64,000 nt of DNA from positions 173,610-237,609 of the IMG/VR virus record IMGVR_UViG_3300045972_000138, one strand, 5' to 3'. The notes beneath the pieces were generated by a model, which did not search any database, had not been told where the DNA came from, and worked only from the letters and a program-made list of their open reading frames with translations. Below, one piece after another: positions 16,096 to 27,578 of the stretch. The position numbers and the translations under genes are program-made. Positions within the stretch are counted from its first letter, which is position 1. Each line of letters begins with the position of its first letter.

Positions 16096-16347
16096 ATGAG
16101 CTTCTTAGGAAAAACAATTCGACTTAAAGGTAAGTCGATGAAAGGCAAGAATCGCGTGCGCGAGCATGGCGAGAATTGGAATGTGAATGCCGAAACCGAC
16201 CGTGTCCTGTTTGCTAAGGACAAGATTGGTCCGTGGCTGTACATTGTTCCGACTGGCAAGGATCATGACCACAAAGCTGGCCGTTGGATTCATGCAGCAA
16301 ATGATCTGGATTTTGATTTGTTTGTCCAGGTTGACAATAAACCTTAA
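16096..16347 (+). CDS. hypothetical protein
   Basis: ATGA-coupled ORF. Confidence 0.65.
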   Translation: MSFLGKTIRLKGKSMKGKNRVREHGENWNVNAETDRVLFAKDKIGPWLYIVPTGKDHDHKAGRWIHAANDLDFDLFVQVDNKP

Positions 16348-16422
16348 AACAAATATACTAGATACAAGTTAGCAGGAATAGTCCAAACTAACTTAACCTT
16401 AACACACACAAAGGAAATTGAA

Positions 16423-16908
16423 ATGACGAAAGCATCCACCACCCCCGTAGCAGTTGAAACCGTTGCCACTGTTGCATCCACCGAAACCATCGTGACTCCT
16501 GCTGCACCTGCTGCACCGAAGGCACCTTCCAAGAAGTCCTTGGCCACTGCAATCTTTGCTGCCAAGATGACTGAACGCACGCAAGGCCTGTTCGCCTCCA
16601 ACAAGGAATTCCGTGCTGCTGTGCTCAACGCAATCGTTACCGATTTGGGCGTGTCGATTCCTTCCGCTGCAACGATGTACAACGCCTGCAAGGCCGAAGC
16701 TGAAAAGGCTGACGCATCGGTTGGTTTGGGCCGTGACCCCAAAGTGGTGAAGGTGAAGGTTGAAGGCGCTGGCAAACGCGGTCGTCCTCAGGGTAGTGTC
16801 AACAAAAAGAAAGATGCTGAAGTTGTTGTGACTGACGCTACCGTCGAAGTTGCTACCGTCGAAGTTGCTGCAGAAGCTGATACTGTTACTGAAGCAGTTG
16901 CTGCCTAA
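16423..16908 (+). CDS. Ala/Lys-rich putative DNA-binding protein, ASAATHYN family
   Basis: FRAAVLNAIVTDLGVSIPSAATMYN...GLGRDPK; AT-hook-like KRGRP. Confidence 0.7.
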   Translation: MTKASTTPVAVETVATVASTETIVTPAAPAAPKAPSKKSLATAIFAAKMTERTQGLFASNKEFRAAVLNAIVTDLGVSIPSAATMYNACKAEAEKADASVGLGRDPKVVKVKVEGAGKRGRPQGSVNKKKDAEVVVTDATVEVATVEVAAEADTVTEAVAA

Positions 16909-16936
16909 TACCTACTAAGACGGTAATGGCAATGTT

Positions 16937-16962
16937 AAAAAAGGGCCCGCGGGCCCTTTTTT
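16937..16962. terminator. bidirectional intrinsic terminator
   Basis: AAAAAAGGGCCC-GC-GGGCCCTTTTTT. Confidence 0.85.
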
Positions 16963-16977
16963 ATTGATAAATATACA

Positions 16978-17673
16978 ATGAACTATGCCAATATCTATAA
17001 CCAACTAATTCAATCTGCCCAAGATAGGCAAACATTAGACGGTTACAAAGAAAAACATCATATTATTCCGCGGTGTGTGCAAGGTACGAACGATAAGAGT
17101 AATTTGGTTTATTTGACAGCAAGAGAGCATCTTATTGCACATAGACTTTTAGATAAAATTTATCCAGATAATTATAAAATATTCTTTGCACTGTGGTCTA
17201 TGCTTACAATGAAGACAAACAATATGCAACGCATATCAAATTCAAGAGAATACGAAAAAGCAAAGATTAGATTGCGGTCTGTCATGTCCTTAATACAGAC
17301 TGGATCTAAACGACCGCCACGGACTCCAGAGCATACGGCCAAGATTGTTGCCGCACAAAAAGGCCGAGTTGTATCAGAAGAAACAAGATCTAAGATTAGA
17401 GAAGCACGAAAATCTCAGACTTGGTCAGATGAGCAGCGCCTGGCTCAGTCAATTCGATTATCTGGTAGTGGAAATCACTTCTTTGGTAAAACGCATTCAG
17501 ATCAAACCAAATCAAAGATAAGTGCAAATAATGCAGCATCTAAGAAAGTTTCGTGTGACGGGGTTATATACGAGTCGATGGTAGAAGCTGCTGCAGGTTG
17601 TGGATTTAAACATTACGAAACTATAAAGAAACGGTGCAGGTCAGACAAATATCCAAATTGGTTCTTTATTTAA
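16978..17673 (+). CDS. HNH homing endonuclease with NUMOD3-like repeats
   Basis: EKHHIIPRCVQGTNDKSNLVYLTAREHLIAH and NHFFGKTHSDQTKSKIS; ATAAATA box at 16967. Confidence 0.88.
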   Translation: MNYANIYNQLIQSAQDRQTLDGYKEKHHIIPRCVQGTNDKSNLVYLTAREHLIAHRLLDKIYPDNYKIFFALWSMLTMKTNNMQRISNSREYEKAKIRLRSVMSLIQTGSKRPPRTPEHTAKIVAAQKGRVVSEETRSKIREARKSQTWSDEQRLAQSIRLSGSGNHFFGKTHSDQTKSKISANNAASKKVSCDGVIYESMVEAAAGCGFKHYETIKKRCRSDKYPNWFFI

Positions 17674-17729
17674 AAGGTTGTTATTATACAGGTCAGCCGA
17701 TAAATACCGTTATAACTTTTAAGGATTAT

Positions 17730-18215
17730 ATGATTCACTACTTAACTCAAATATCATTCATAGCTAAATTTTTACTTTGGATTAGAAGTCTGATATCTAA
17801 ATCAGGTAATACAACTATTAATAAGACAGGTGTTAGTGCCAGCATAAATGGTAACAACAATAACATAAATTTAAATATTTCCGAAGACAAAAATAAATCA
17901 TTATCTTTTTATAACGAACCATTTTTAATAGCCGGAGTTTCGCGGGAAATGATAAGCGTAATAGTAATGAAGAGCGGGTCCGACGATAGAAATTTAGTGT
18001 TAGAGGATAATTTCAGAGAAGCTCTTTTTGCAGCTCATTATGTGTTTGATGCCAATGCTGTAAAATTTATGGAAAGAATATATAGTAATTATTCGACGGT
18101 AAGATCATATTATGGCCAAGGATCTGCCTATTCAGATAAATTTACCAATGCTATGAACGATATGTTGCTATGCATAAACGAACTACCTATTGCATTTAAA
18201 AAATTAAATAAATGA
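17730..18215 (+). CDS. hypothetical protein
   Basis: AAGGA SD and ATAAATA at 17700. Confidence 0.55.
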   Translation: MIHYLTQISFIAKFLLWIRSLISKSGNTTINKTGVSASINGNNNNINLNISEDKNKSLSFYNEPFLIAGVSREMISVIVMKSGSDDRNLVLEDNFREALFAAHYVFDANAVKFMERIYSNYSTVRSYYGQGSAYSDKFTNAMNDMLLCINELPIAFKKLNK

Positions 18216-18275
18216 CAGGTTGACTATTTGCATCCTTTGTGTTATAATTAATACATACAAACACAAAGGTTCAAG

Positions 18276-18635
18276 ATGTCTGCATTTAAAAACACTGTCT
18301 TAGCTATAGCATTAGGATTTCTGCCTGCAGTATTAGTTGCATCAATAATGGGCGATCCGTTCCTTACACCGTTTGCTGCCTGGGCGATTTCGTCTTTTAT
18401 AATTGCAATTAAATTGCAGGAAGATAGCGAAGTTTCGGCACGCGAAAAGCAACGGGTTAAGCACATAACAGCTATTGAACAAAATGAAGACGAATATGTA
18501 ACACAATTTATTCGTAAAGCTAAAATCGAATCCTTTAATCCCGAGCAAACACGCGACGATGTTATTGCTGTGTTAATGGAAAGTGGTTATTCTAAAATGA
18601 CCGCAAGTTCAATCTATAACAGCGTGAAGGTGTAA
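18276..18635 (+). CDS. membrane protein (two TM helices)
   Basis: Hydrophobic N-terminal half; own promoter. Confidence 0.65.
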   Translation: MSAFKNTVLAIALGFLPAVLVASIMGDPFLTPFAAWAISSFIIAIKLQEDSEVSAREKQRVKHITAIEQNEDEYVTQFIRKAKIESFNPEQTRDDVIAVLMESGYSKMTASSIYNSVKV

Positions 18636-18636
18636 T

Positions 18637-19080
18637 ATGCTTAATATATTCCGGTTAGCGAATTTAGTTGCTATTGTGTTATTAGTTGGCTGTAATAATC
18701 CAACACCTGTTGCACAACATACAGATACACGTCAACCTACAGAACTCGATCTGCCTATTACTGTGAAATTTTTATCAGGCCAGGAATGTGCAGATTTTCT
18801 CGATACTGTTCGTGTTAAATTTAATAAAGAACCGCACCCGCCAGGTTATTGGCAATATTTAGTATCAGTCGGTATGGCATATGAGTTGGAAGAATTTGAT
18901 CTACCAAGTACTCATATTGAAATTAAGTGCGACAATGATAGGCACGAATTTGAATCTGAGTCTATGTCACAGAAATTTTATAAAGAAGTTATGCGTCAGT
19001 GGAGAGAACAGGGTGTAAAAGATGCTGCCGATAAAGAAGCACGGTTAAGTAGTAATTTGGCAGCAATGGGAATTAAATAA
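18637..19080 (+). CDS. putative lipoprotein
   Basis: LLVGC lipobox. Confidence 0.65.
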   Translation: MLNIFRLANLVAIVLLVGCNNPTPVAQHTDTRQPTELDLPITVKFLSGQECADFLDTVRVKFNKEPHPPGYWQYLVSVGMAYELEEFDLPSTHIEIKCDNDRHEFESESMSQKFYKEVMRQWREQGVKDAADKEARLSSNLAAMGIK

Positions 19081-19381
19081 GGAATAACTATGTTCGAATA
19101 TTTACTTAACATTTTTAAGAAACCAGTTAATGAATCAGTTAATGATATAAAAGAAGTTCAACAACGAGTAAACGATTTAGAAACATATTTTAAAGACAAC
19201 TTCAGTGAAGATTATTTTAAGCCACCTGTCTCAAATGATGAGCAATGGGAAAGGTCTAAACAATTAGCCGCAGAATATAGAAATTCTTGTATGAATAGGG
19301 TAGATCTTTAAGAATATAATAGTTGACCACATTCTATCTTAGCGTTATAATTAACACATACACACAAACAGGATACGTAGG

Positions 19382-19711
19382 ATGTTCTCTAAACCACTTA
19401 GCGACTTGGCAGACAAGTACAAGACACCGGATGGTCAGATTTCGTTGTTATACAATGTGCCAATGGATCATTTGGCGGCGGTGAGGAAAGTGTTGCAAGA
19501 ACACTTTGAGCACAGCAAGGACACTTACAGCATTCGGTTTCGCGGGCCACGGCCTTCTTATATGCAGCAAAGCACACTTAAGAAGGATGCTACAGCGTTC
19601 TCTGTGTATGTTACGCCAAAGCGTAAGAGATATACTTCGATTTTTACAACACGCGGGCAGGCGTCGGTCAACGCAGTAGAATACATTAACGGACAATGGG
19701 TATCACTATGA
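19382..19711 (+). CDS. hypothetical protein
   Basis: Own promoter; IRFRGPR motif. Confidence 0.65.
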   Translation: MFSKPLSDLADKYKTPDGQISLLYNVPMDHLAAVRKVLQEHFEHSKDTYSIRFRGPRPSYMQQSTLKKDATAFSVYVTPKRKRYTSIFTTRGQASVNAVEYINGQWVSL

Positions 19712-20046
19712 AAACATCCGAACTGCTCAAGAAAGCTAAACGCAAACTGGCACACACCGATATTGACAGCAAGGAGCAATTTATTTGCCACTCAATCGAT
19801 GAGGTAGTCTGGAAGCGTCATCGTGATATTGCGACCGAAGAAAACGCAGCCCGGCTGAAGCGCGTTATTTCGCAGCGGCTTGCACCACATCGCACATTGG
19901 AAGCGTGGCTCGAAGCTACGCACAGCATTAAGGAGCCGCCTTGCTGGTACCAACACGAATTTAATCTGTACCTAACAAAGGTACAGACCACTCGTCACGC
20001 ATGGGTCAAGAGCATGATTGCTGAATACACGGTCAAAGGAGATTGA
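19708..20046 (+). CDS. MKTS..AKGD family paralog 1
   Basis: MKTSELLKKAK...TRHAWVKSMIAEYTVKGD. Confidence 0.75.
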   Translation: MKTSELLKKAKRKLAHTDIDSKEQFICHSIDEVVWKRHRDIATEENAARLKRVISQRLAPHRTLEAWLEATHSIKEPPCWYQHEFNLYLTKVQTTRHAWVKSMIAEYTVKGD

Positions 20047-20047
20047 T

Positions 20048-20350
20048 ATGAAAACATCCAAAGTCCTGAAACTTGCACGCCCACTTATCAAAGATTACGA
20101 ATTCCTCTGTCGCGCAGTTGATTCGACAAGGTGTCGCGACAGTAATGTAACTATCGAAGATGTAATCCGCGTCCAGGCAATGATCTCTAAGAGGCTCGAT
20201 GGTTACTTCACACTAGATTCTTGGCTGTTATATGTACACGGAGTTCTTGCCAAAGATATGGATGATAATAAGTATGAAAAGAAAATGCTTCAAACTCGTC
20301 TTGCTTGGTGCGATTCAATGATTGCAGAATTTGCTGCCAAAGGAGATTGA
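20048..20350 (+). CDS. MKTS..AKGD family paralog 2
   Basis: MKTSKVLKLAR...TRLAWCDSMIAEFAAKGD. Confidence 0.75.
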   Translation: MKTSKVLKLARPLIKDYEFLCRAVDSTRCRDSNVTIEDVIRVQAMISKRLDGYFTLDSWLLYVHGVLAKDMDDNKYEKKMLQTRLAWCDSMIAEFAAKGD

Positions 20351-20351
20351 T

Positions 20352-20699
20352 ATGAAGACATCCAAGGTCCTGAAACTTGCTAAAACATATTTGGCGGCGA
20401 GTCACTGTGAGATGCGTAACAATTATAAGGAAGAATATATTTGTTACTCGGTAAATGATGTATATCTCAATCACCATAAGTGTAGTATAGATGATCGAAA
20501 CCGTGTCAAGGATATGATTGCCAATCGACTCGGTGACTACTGCACACTTGACGACTGGCTCGAGAGCCTTCACAACATCGTGCATCCCGACTGGGATGAA
20601 GCCAAATCTAAAATGGATGCATTTGTTGATAAGATGCAGAAGACGCGCCACGCCTGGGTTGATTCGATGATTGCAGAATTTGCAGCAAAAGGAGATTGA
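20352..20699 (+). CDS. MKTS..AKGD family paralog 3
   Basis: MKTSKVLKLAK...TRHAWVDSMIAEFAAKGD. Confidence 0.75.
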   Translation: MKTSKVLKLAKTYLAASHCEMRNNYKEEYICYSVNDVYLNHHKCSIDDRNRVKDMIANRLGDYCTLDDWLESLHNIVHPDWDEAKSKMDAFVDKMQKTRHAWVDSMIAEFAAKGD

Positions 20700-20700
20700 T

Positions 20701-21063
20701 ATGAAAACATCACAAATACTGAAACTTGCCAAGGTCCACCTATCTGATGGTGCCGGCAACGGTAGTCAACAATTTATTTGCTGGGCAATCGGCAAAGTAT
20801 ATGGTGTGCCAGAGCACGCACTTATGAACCTCAAACAGGATATAACTCACAAGTTGGGCTATGACTATGAGGGCGAAAACTATACAAGCACACTTGAGCT
20901 GTGGTTGTCTAAGAACCACAATATCCCGATGGTCAAGCCCGTCTACAACGGCAATGAATGGGTAAACAAAGCCGAAGTGGCAGCGTATCAGGCCAAACTT
21001 CAGCGAACTCGCCACGCCTGGATTGACAGCATGATTGCAGAGTTTGAAGCACAAGGTGATTAA
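20701..21063 (+). CDS. MKTS..AKGD family paralog 4
   Basis: MKTSQILKLAK...TRHAWIDSMIAEFEAQGD. Confidence 0.75.
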   Translation: MKTSQILKLAKVHLSDGAGNGSQQFICWAIGKVYGVPEHALMNLKQDITHKLGYDYEGENYTSTLELWLSKNHNIPMVKPVYNGNEWVNKAEVAAYQAKLQRTRHAWIDSMIAEFEAQGD

Positions 21064-21382
21064 ATGACATCTGAACAGAATGCAATCGTTGACCTAATAA
21101 CTTATCTTTATGAGAATCGCGAAAAGCTTTCTACGGATAAGTTTAGTGGAATGCACAAAGTGGACAATGTCTACCGCGTGCATAAGAGCTCATTTGTTCC
21201 GCAATTGCTTAATAGCCGCCTTGTAGACGTGGATAAAACCATTGCTGCTGTAGCTGATATCTACTTCCATAACAAAGGCCTTGTGTGGGATGCAGAATCT
21301 TATTGGATCACAATTTCTTAAAGTTGTAGACATCATTCTAAATGATGTTATAATAAAGACATACACACAAAAGGAGTAGTAT

Positions 21383-21940
21383 ATGAGCGCTAAAGACCGT
21401 GCAGTTGAATTGTATAACAAACACATCGAGTTGGCTTCCGCAGATGGTCGTTTGTTCCGCAAGACGGTTATGCAGACACTTATGGATGAGACTGGTTGCA
21501 CATTGGCTGCCGCTGCCACTCACTACAATAGCGCAAAGAAACTTGCTGCTCCTGTTGAAGGATTGGGTCGTCCTGTTGTTTCTGCTGCTGTTCGTAAGCC
21601 TGCTGCTACAAAGCACAAGGGCGAAGAGCTGCAAGAAGATGACGAGTGCTACACTGTTATGGAACTGCTCGCACATGAAGATGGTTCCGTTACTGTTGGT
21701 CGCAACCGTTCGCATTTGATGCAGGGCGATGCAAGCGAAGAATTCGACGAAAAGGCAGACTACAGCCCTGTCAACACTTGGGTGATGATTAAGGGTCTTG
21801 GCCCGCTGTATGGCGAAACCTTCAAGCTATCCGGTCGCGAAGCAGAGATTAAACGTTATACTCCTACCGTAGTGGCAGTGGTTGCTAAGGAAGCACCGTT
21901 GCTTATTCAGGAAGATGATTTGGAAGAAGAGGATATTTAA
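21383..21940 (+). CDS. ASAATHYN family protein with an acidic C-terminal domain
   Basis: FRKTVMQTLMDETGCTLAAAATHYNSAKK...GLGRP. Confidence 0.7.
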   Translation: MSAKDRAVELYNKHIELASADGRLFRKTVMQTLMDETGCTLAAAATHYNSAKKLAAPVEGLGRPVVSAAVRKPAATKHKGEELQEDDECYTVMELLAHEDGSVTVGRNRSHLMQGDASEEFDEKADYSPVNTWVMIKGLGPLYGETFKLSGREAEIKRYTPTVVAVVAKEAPLLIQEDDLEEEDI

Positions 21941-22363
21941 AATGACTAAATTTGTTATGCTCCCTCAACATTACAATAAAGCACCATTCGCGGCCAATGT
22001 TGATAAAATCTATTTCGTAGAACGCAGTTCCAATCATCCGCTTTCTGCAAGGATCGTTTTTGGTTCGGACTGCTACGCCGAAGTCAACTTGCCGCTCGAT
22101 GAGTTGATTGTGTTGCTTAACAATGCTGCACAGGAAGACTGAAATGGCATTCATACCAAACAATCCAGCATCGTCCGGCAAGTACGGCATATCAAATATC
22201 CAAACTTTGAAAAAGGATGTTTCGACTATGAGTGGCACTATTACCAAAGGTAGTCAGGTGCAAATAGTAGGAATTGGGGATCGTGGATACGAAATCAAGG
22301 ATATTGACAGCGGTGTCGTATTCATTGAATGCGGATACGATCTTTTCGAACCAAAGGTGTAAA

Positions 22364-22600
22364 ATGAAAAAGATTCTGCTCATTGCACTCGCTGTAATGT
22401 TTTTGGTAGGTTGCACAACACGAAACGAATACGGTAATTGTGTTGGCATCAATGACGATGACCGCGACCCGGCTCTTCGGTACAAGTTAGATGGTTGGAA
22501 TATAGCAATGGCAGTTATCTTTGTCGAAACTGTTGTTGCTCCGATTATTGTTATTGTCGACGAAACTTACTGCCCAATAGGCAAGAAGGAAGTGAAATGA
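22364..22600 (+). CDS. small lipoprotein/membrane protein
   Basis: MKKILLIALAVMFLVGC lipobox and a second TM helix. Confidence 0.7.
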   Translation: MKKILLIALAVMFLVGCTTRNEYGNCVGINDDDRDPALRYKLDGWNIAMAVIFVETVVAPIIVIVDETYCPIGKKEVK

Positions 22601-24555
22601 TCAAACTTACAATTGGATTCATCCTTGGTGTAGTTGTTGCAACCATTGGCTTCAGCGGGCTTGCAAATATGGCAGACAAGGGTGTTGCACAAGTGCAGGC
22701 CGCTGCTAAAGATGCAGCAAAGTCCGACACAGCAACTGAAGTAAAGAAGACGGTGAAGAAGGCCGTCGACGAGGTGACAAAATGAGCAAGTATAGCTACG
22801 GTGTCTGGCTGTTGGCCTTTGCAGTAGGTGTTATTGTTGGTTATAACGTTAACATCGTAACGGCCATTGCAAGCCTGTTCGCAGTGTGGGGAATTGCCTA
22901 TATGATTACAGGTACGCTGGAAGGTGTACTGAAGGCAGTGTTTAACGCACTGCGAGAGATGAAGAAATGACCTTCTTTGGTGTTATGGGTGCGGTTGTGT
23001 TAGTATTGCTAGGTGCATTGTGGGCACTTAAACCAACCAATCGCAAATAATATGGAACAATGGTGGCAGGTTAAGGTATATGATGCTCAGTCATCATCCA
23101 CGACAGCAGTGTCCAAATTCGGAGAGTTAGATGATATTATTGCCGGATTAAAAGAAGATGGATTGTGGGAGTTTGTATCTGCACACCCGGAGGAACAAAA
23201 TGAATAACGACGAAGATTTAGTTACCGTTCCAATTGAACAGATTCAATTTATGTTGCTCAAAGCAAACATTGAATTGATGCAACGAGTTAACAAATTAGT
23301 TGAATTATTGGAAAAGCAAAATGATCAAAGCTCAACCAGCATCATTCGTTAAAATCAGATACGACGATCCGCGGTTTATTATGACTGACGGATTTGTTAA
23401 CTGTAATCCTGCAGGCATTGAAATTACATCTAAGTGTCCGCAAAAGCATCAAGATTACATTGTGGAAGCAATGGAAAACGGATGGTTGGTGCCGTTTGCA
23501 ATGATTAAACAGGAAATGGATTACTGTATATGAATGAACGAATTAAAGAACTTGCTGAAAAGTCTGGTTTATACAACTTTGTACTAGAAGCAATGGGTAT
23601 TGATGAAGAGATGGGAAAGTTTGCCGAGTTGATTGTCAAGGAATGTGTAAAGATCGTAACCGATAATCACGAAAGTTTGATTACTTCCCCGCTGCACCCG
23701 GGTGATTTACTTAAAGAACATTTCGGAGTTGAATAATGAGTAAACAAGTTGTATACAAAGGTCTGGGTCTTGCAAAGGGCAGCACTGCGCTGGAACTGTG
23801 GGAAGCCTGGCAAAAAGAAACAAAGGACCGGAATGGCGCGCAGAAGAAACTCGATGTGCATATGAAAGATGTCGAAACACGACACAAAGAATTATTGGAG
23901 CGTTACAGGAGTACAGAACGTGAGTAAAGGTATTGTTTATTTCTTCGAAGGCGAACACCGCGCCTGGTTCTGCAAGAACATAACTGTTACAGACACAACC
24001 ATTCGTGGCTATGTGCTAGACGGCTGTTGGTGGATGGATTACATTATTGCAACCGGCACCGTGAATGTGTGCATTGCGACAATGGGCGAAGTCAATTGGC
24101 AGAAACCAATAAACACATTCAAAGCAAAATTAGTCAACCAAGTTGATGTACCCGATAGTGTCGACGGTACCGCATTTGAACTATTGCAATGGGCAAGACG
24201 CCAGTTGACAATATAGCAAGCATCTGCTATAATTAATTAACAGTTAGTGGTATACTGTGTCTTATACCACAAAAGTGAAAGTTAATAAAATGGATTCACG
24301 TATTTTCATCAAGGACGCCGCAGTTTTGATTTCTGATATCAAGGCTTTTCAGGCATCCTATTTGTCGCCAGAAGACGAAATGGCGCAAGGCACTGTGTTG
24401 CAGAAACGCATCACTGGCCTGTTCTCCAGTCTGCAAAACCCCACGCTGCCATCCGCATACAAGCTGCGCGATGCTGCATTGGGTGCTGGTTTCGCAATTG
24501 AAACCAAGCGTTTGCACTTGTTGGCATCTTTCGAGACGCTCCGGGCGTAAAGAAA

Positions 24556-24876
24556 ATGGGCACGGTCGTTCTTGGTAGCTTGGCAATAAGCACATTGGTG
24601 ATTCTTCACTATTGCTTATTGCCCGTTGAAACAGTCTGGACAGGCGCAATGGATCTTACATTGATAGCCTTTACGATGATATGGGGCATGTCGGTAATCG
24701 GACTCTTTGTCTGGCTCGATGATGTGCGTAAATTCTATCGTGACAAGAACGACCCGCTTGCAATGGCGATTAAGATTATCACCTTTCCAATTTGGATTAT
24801 TGGATTCGTACTATTTGCCTGGGGCTCTTACGAAACTGCCAAAGGTGTGCGTAACTGGATGAACAAGAAGGATTGA
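24556..24876 (+). CDS. three-TM membrane protein
   Basis: Hydrophobic segments. Confidence 0.65.
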   Translation: MGTVVLGSLAISTLVILHYCLLPVETVWTGAMDLTLIAFTMIWGMSVIGLFVWLDDVRKFYRDKNDPLAMAIKIITFPIWIIGFVLFAWGSYETAKGVRNWMNKKD

Positions 24877-25092
24877 GGTATATCATGCACATACAAGCTC
24901 TTACAATATTTATTTTCAGCACGTTGTCTATCATTGCTACCGGTTTGATTCTTAGTCTGCCTGTTATGTGGCTGTGGAACGGATGCCTCATCGGTGCTGT
25001 TGCAGGCGTGTCCGAAATCGGTTGGTTGCAGGCGTGGGGCATTTCTGCACTCTGTGGTTTGTTGTTCAAAACCACTATAACAAAGGACTAAA

Positions 25093-25461
25093 GTGATTAC
25101 ACACTTTGACATTACTTGTCCACGCAACCCAACCAACAAGGTTGCAATCATTAAGGCAATTCGTTGCCTTACTGGTTCTGGACTCAAGGAAGCGAAAGAT
25201 ACTTCCGAAATATACGACCTGCAATCTCTGCAAATCAGCCTAACATCCGGGCTCAACATTGCAGCTGGTCGTGAGGAAGATTACATTGAAGAACAATTTA
25301 AGGTTCTTCGTCAAGAAGGCTGCTTGATTGGGCCGTCTGTGCATCGCTTGCTGCAAGAATTGCGTATACTTGGCAGTCAAGCACTCGAACAAGGTGAAGA
25401 TGAATTGGCAAACGAAATTCTGCAACTTGTGTTGGCAGAAAAGCTCAGGAGAAAACAATAA
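25093..25461 (+). CDS. protein with a ribosomal L7/L12 C-terminal domain
   Basis: NKVAIIKAIRCLTGSGLKEAKD matches the bL12 CTD consensus KV.VIK.VR..TGLGLKEAKD. Confidence 0.75.
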   Translation: MITHFDITCPRNPTNKVAIIKAIRCLTGSGLKEAKDTSEIYDLQSLQISLTSGLNIAAGREEDYIEEQFKVLRQEGCLIGPSVHRLLQELRILGSQALEQGEDELANEILQLVLAEKLRRKQ

Positions 25462-26000
25462 TGGCAAAGATTCCAGCAAAACTGTACGTAACGGCCCGAT
25501 TGGCCCCAATCGATCAACAAACCGGCTTGCGGTCGGATGACCCAATGGGTTTCCTTAATGGATACGAACCCGGCAAGTCTGCATTCGAAAAGAAAAAAGC
25601 AACACAAGACAAGTGGGCATATCTTGACTACAGCGGGCTCTCATATGGTGGCCGACTCGAAATGCAAGGAGGCACCTACGTTATGATTGGCGAAAAGATT
25701 GAATGGGTGCAAGGACAACCTTATCCGCATAACCAGCGCAAGATTCCTGTATGCAAGCCAGTTGACTTCCAACCACAGATTTGGGACAATGTTCCTACAG
25801 TGGGATTCAAGATTGTCGACACTGTAAGCCGTTACTCGACATCAAACAAGTTCTGGTTGATCCTTGATCCACGTGGTGTTAAGTTCGAAATCTCTACTGG
25901 TACGTTTGAAGAAATTATCATGCAGACTACCATTATCAGGGGTGTGATTCAAGAGGCGTGTGTTTGGGAAGCCAATAAAAAACTTGTTGTAGCACCTTAA
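25461..26000 (+). CDS. hypothetical protein
   Basis: 179-aa ORF; ILDPRGVKFEIS motif common in jumbo phages. Confidence 0.7.
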   Translation: MAKIPAKLYVTARLAPIDQQTGLRSDDPMGFLNGYEPGKSAFEKKKATQDKWAYLDYSGLSYGGRLEMQGGTYVMIGEKIEWVQGQPYPHNQRKIPVCKPVDFQPQIWDNVPTVGFKIVDTVSRYSTSNKFWLILDPRGVKFEISTGTFEEIIMQTTIIRGVIQEACVWEANKKLVVAP

Positions 26001-26644
26001 ACTGTGCTATAATAAACGCATAGGAGTTTATTATGGACACAAATTTGGTAGTATATATGGCAATCGTGTTTTCGATTGTGTGCGGTGCAGAAGCGTACAG
26101 CGATTACACCCACTCGGAGTGTGCTAAGGCCTATGCTACTAGCAATCGTACCGGTGACGAAATAGCTAAGATTTGTCACAAGTGAAAGATCGATATGAAC
26201 GACAAGAAGCAACTTTACATAATCGAATGGTCCTATCCTTACAATAAGGAATGGAAAGAGATGCAAGAAGCTATTGTTGAAGTAATGGTAGACAATAGCG
26301 ATCTCAAAGAAGCACGAGCCCTACTTAAACAAATAATGGATCAGTAATGGAAATTATTGCGGATATGGGTAATGGCAGAAAAATGGTATCTGTCCATAAC
26401 GACGAGCTTGCTGTTATACTAGGATACGACAGCCAGTATGATAACAAGTTTGATAAAACTTCAACAGCGGTTGGCAAAACGATTGATGTTAACGGATTTA
26501 AGAGAATTAGTGGATACGTTCAGTCAATGAATACTAGCCAACTTAAAAGTATTCTATCTCGTCTCAAAGATACACAGTCTGAATTAGAAAAAGCAATTGA
26601 GTTGGCAGACGAGTTGCAAGTATTTGACAAATTAAAGGGATAAT

Positions 26645-27124
26645 ATGAAAAAAGTAGAAGTAAACAATGGACGCGATGAAGCTCAATTTAAGATTGACGT
26701 TGTTGAAACAAAATACAACGCGCATTTTGTTGGACAGTTTTGCCTGAAGACCGTAGGCGGTGGATGGGCAAATGCACCCGCTGATGTATATTGGCAAGCA
26801 GAACCGCCCATTGCAGGTTATTCCAACTACTTTGCGCTGATTTATCAGGGCGGAAGTCCATACATTACGTCCGGCGCGTCCGCTGTTGAGCAGGTTATTG
26901 GCGCGGTGGAATCGGACGGAGAGATTATTTACAGCCGCTACCGCCACGATTACCGCCAAACAAAGGACGGAAAAGCTATTATTGATGGTGGACGCGACTA
27001 TACAAAGCGTGCAGGCGGCGGACGCGACCTGTTGCTTAAGGTTATAGATGGTTACTTCTACGAACTTGAGCTCGCAGATATGGACGAATTTAACGTTAAA
27101 GAATCAGTGGATGACGAATCATGA
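26645..27124 (+). CDS. hypothetical protein
   Basis: YSRYRHDY...IDGGRDY motif. Confidence 0.7.
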   Translation: MKKVEVNNGRDEAQFKIDVVETKYNAHFVGQFCLKTVGGGWANAPADVYWQAEPPIAGYSNYFALIYQGGSPYITSGASAVEQVIGAVESDGEIIYSRYRHDYRQTKDGKAIIDGGRDYTKRAGGGRDLLLKVIDGYFYELELADMDEFNVKESVDDES

Positions 27125-27248
27125 ACGCAATGGCTGAAGCAATCCTCCGTGTTTGGCAAAGCTTCAACGATTGGTGCGAACGATATCTTGAAGCACACAA
27201 TCCAGATCAGTAGTCGACCTATTAGTAATTTTTAGTGTAAAATACATT

Positions 27249-27578
27249 ATGAACAACACAACCTTCACTGTTTACTGGATGTATAAGCGCCTTGTGCCTA
27301 ATGCACTACAGTTTACGGATATGAACAAAGCACTTTTCTGGATGGCTGATCTCCGTGATCGTGCTAAAACCGAACCAATTGCTGCCATTACAATGTGCTC
27401 CGAAATGACTGATCACGTTGGCAAGGTGGGTGTTGATTCTGTAGAGGACGGAAAGACGCCCGATGGCCACGTCTACGATTGGAACAAAGACAGCCGCATT
27501 GGAGCAATGAAACGCTCCAAACGTCTTATCCCGCCAGTTAGTACAGATATGGTTGTGGTCAAATTGGACGACGAATAA
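27249..27578 (+). CDS. hypothetical protein
   Basis: ORF after a TAAAAT promoter. Confidence 0.7.
   Translation: MNNTTFTVYWMYKRLVPNALQFTDMNKALFWMADLRDRAKTEPIAAITMCSEMTDHVGKVGVDSVEDGKTPDGHVYDWNKDSRIGAMKRSKRLIPPVSTDMVVVKLDDE

Noticed and set aside
19708-21063. Diversity-generating retroelement explanation for the tandem paralogs
   Set aside because: There is no reverse transcriptase and no template/variable repeat pair differing only at adenines.
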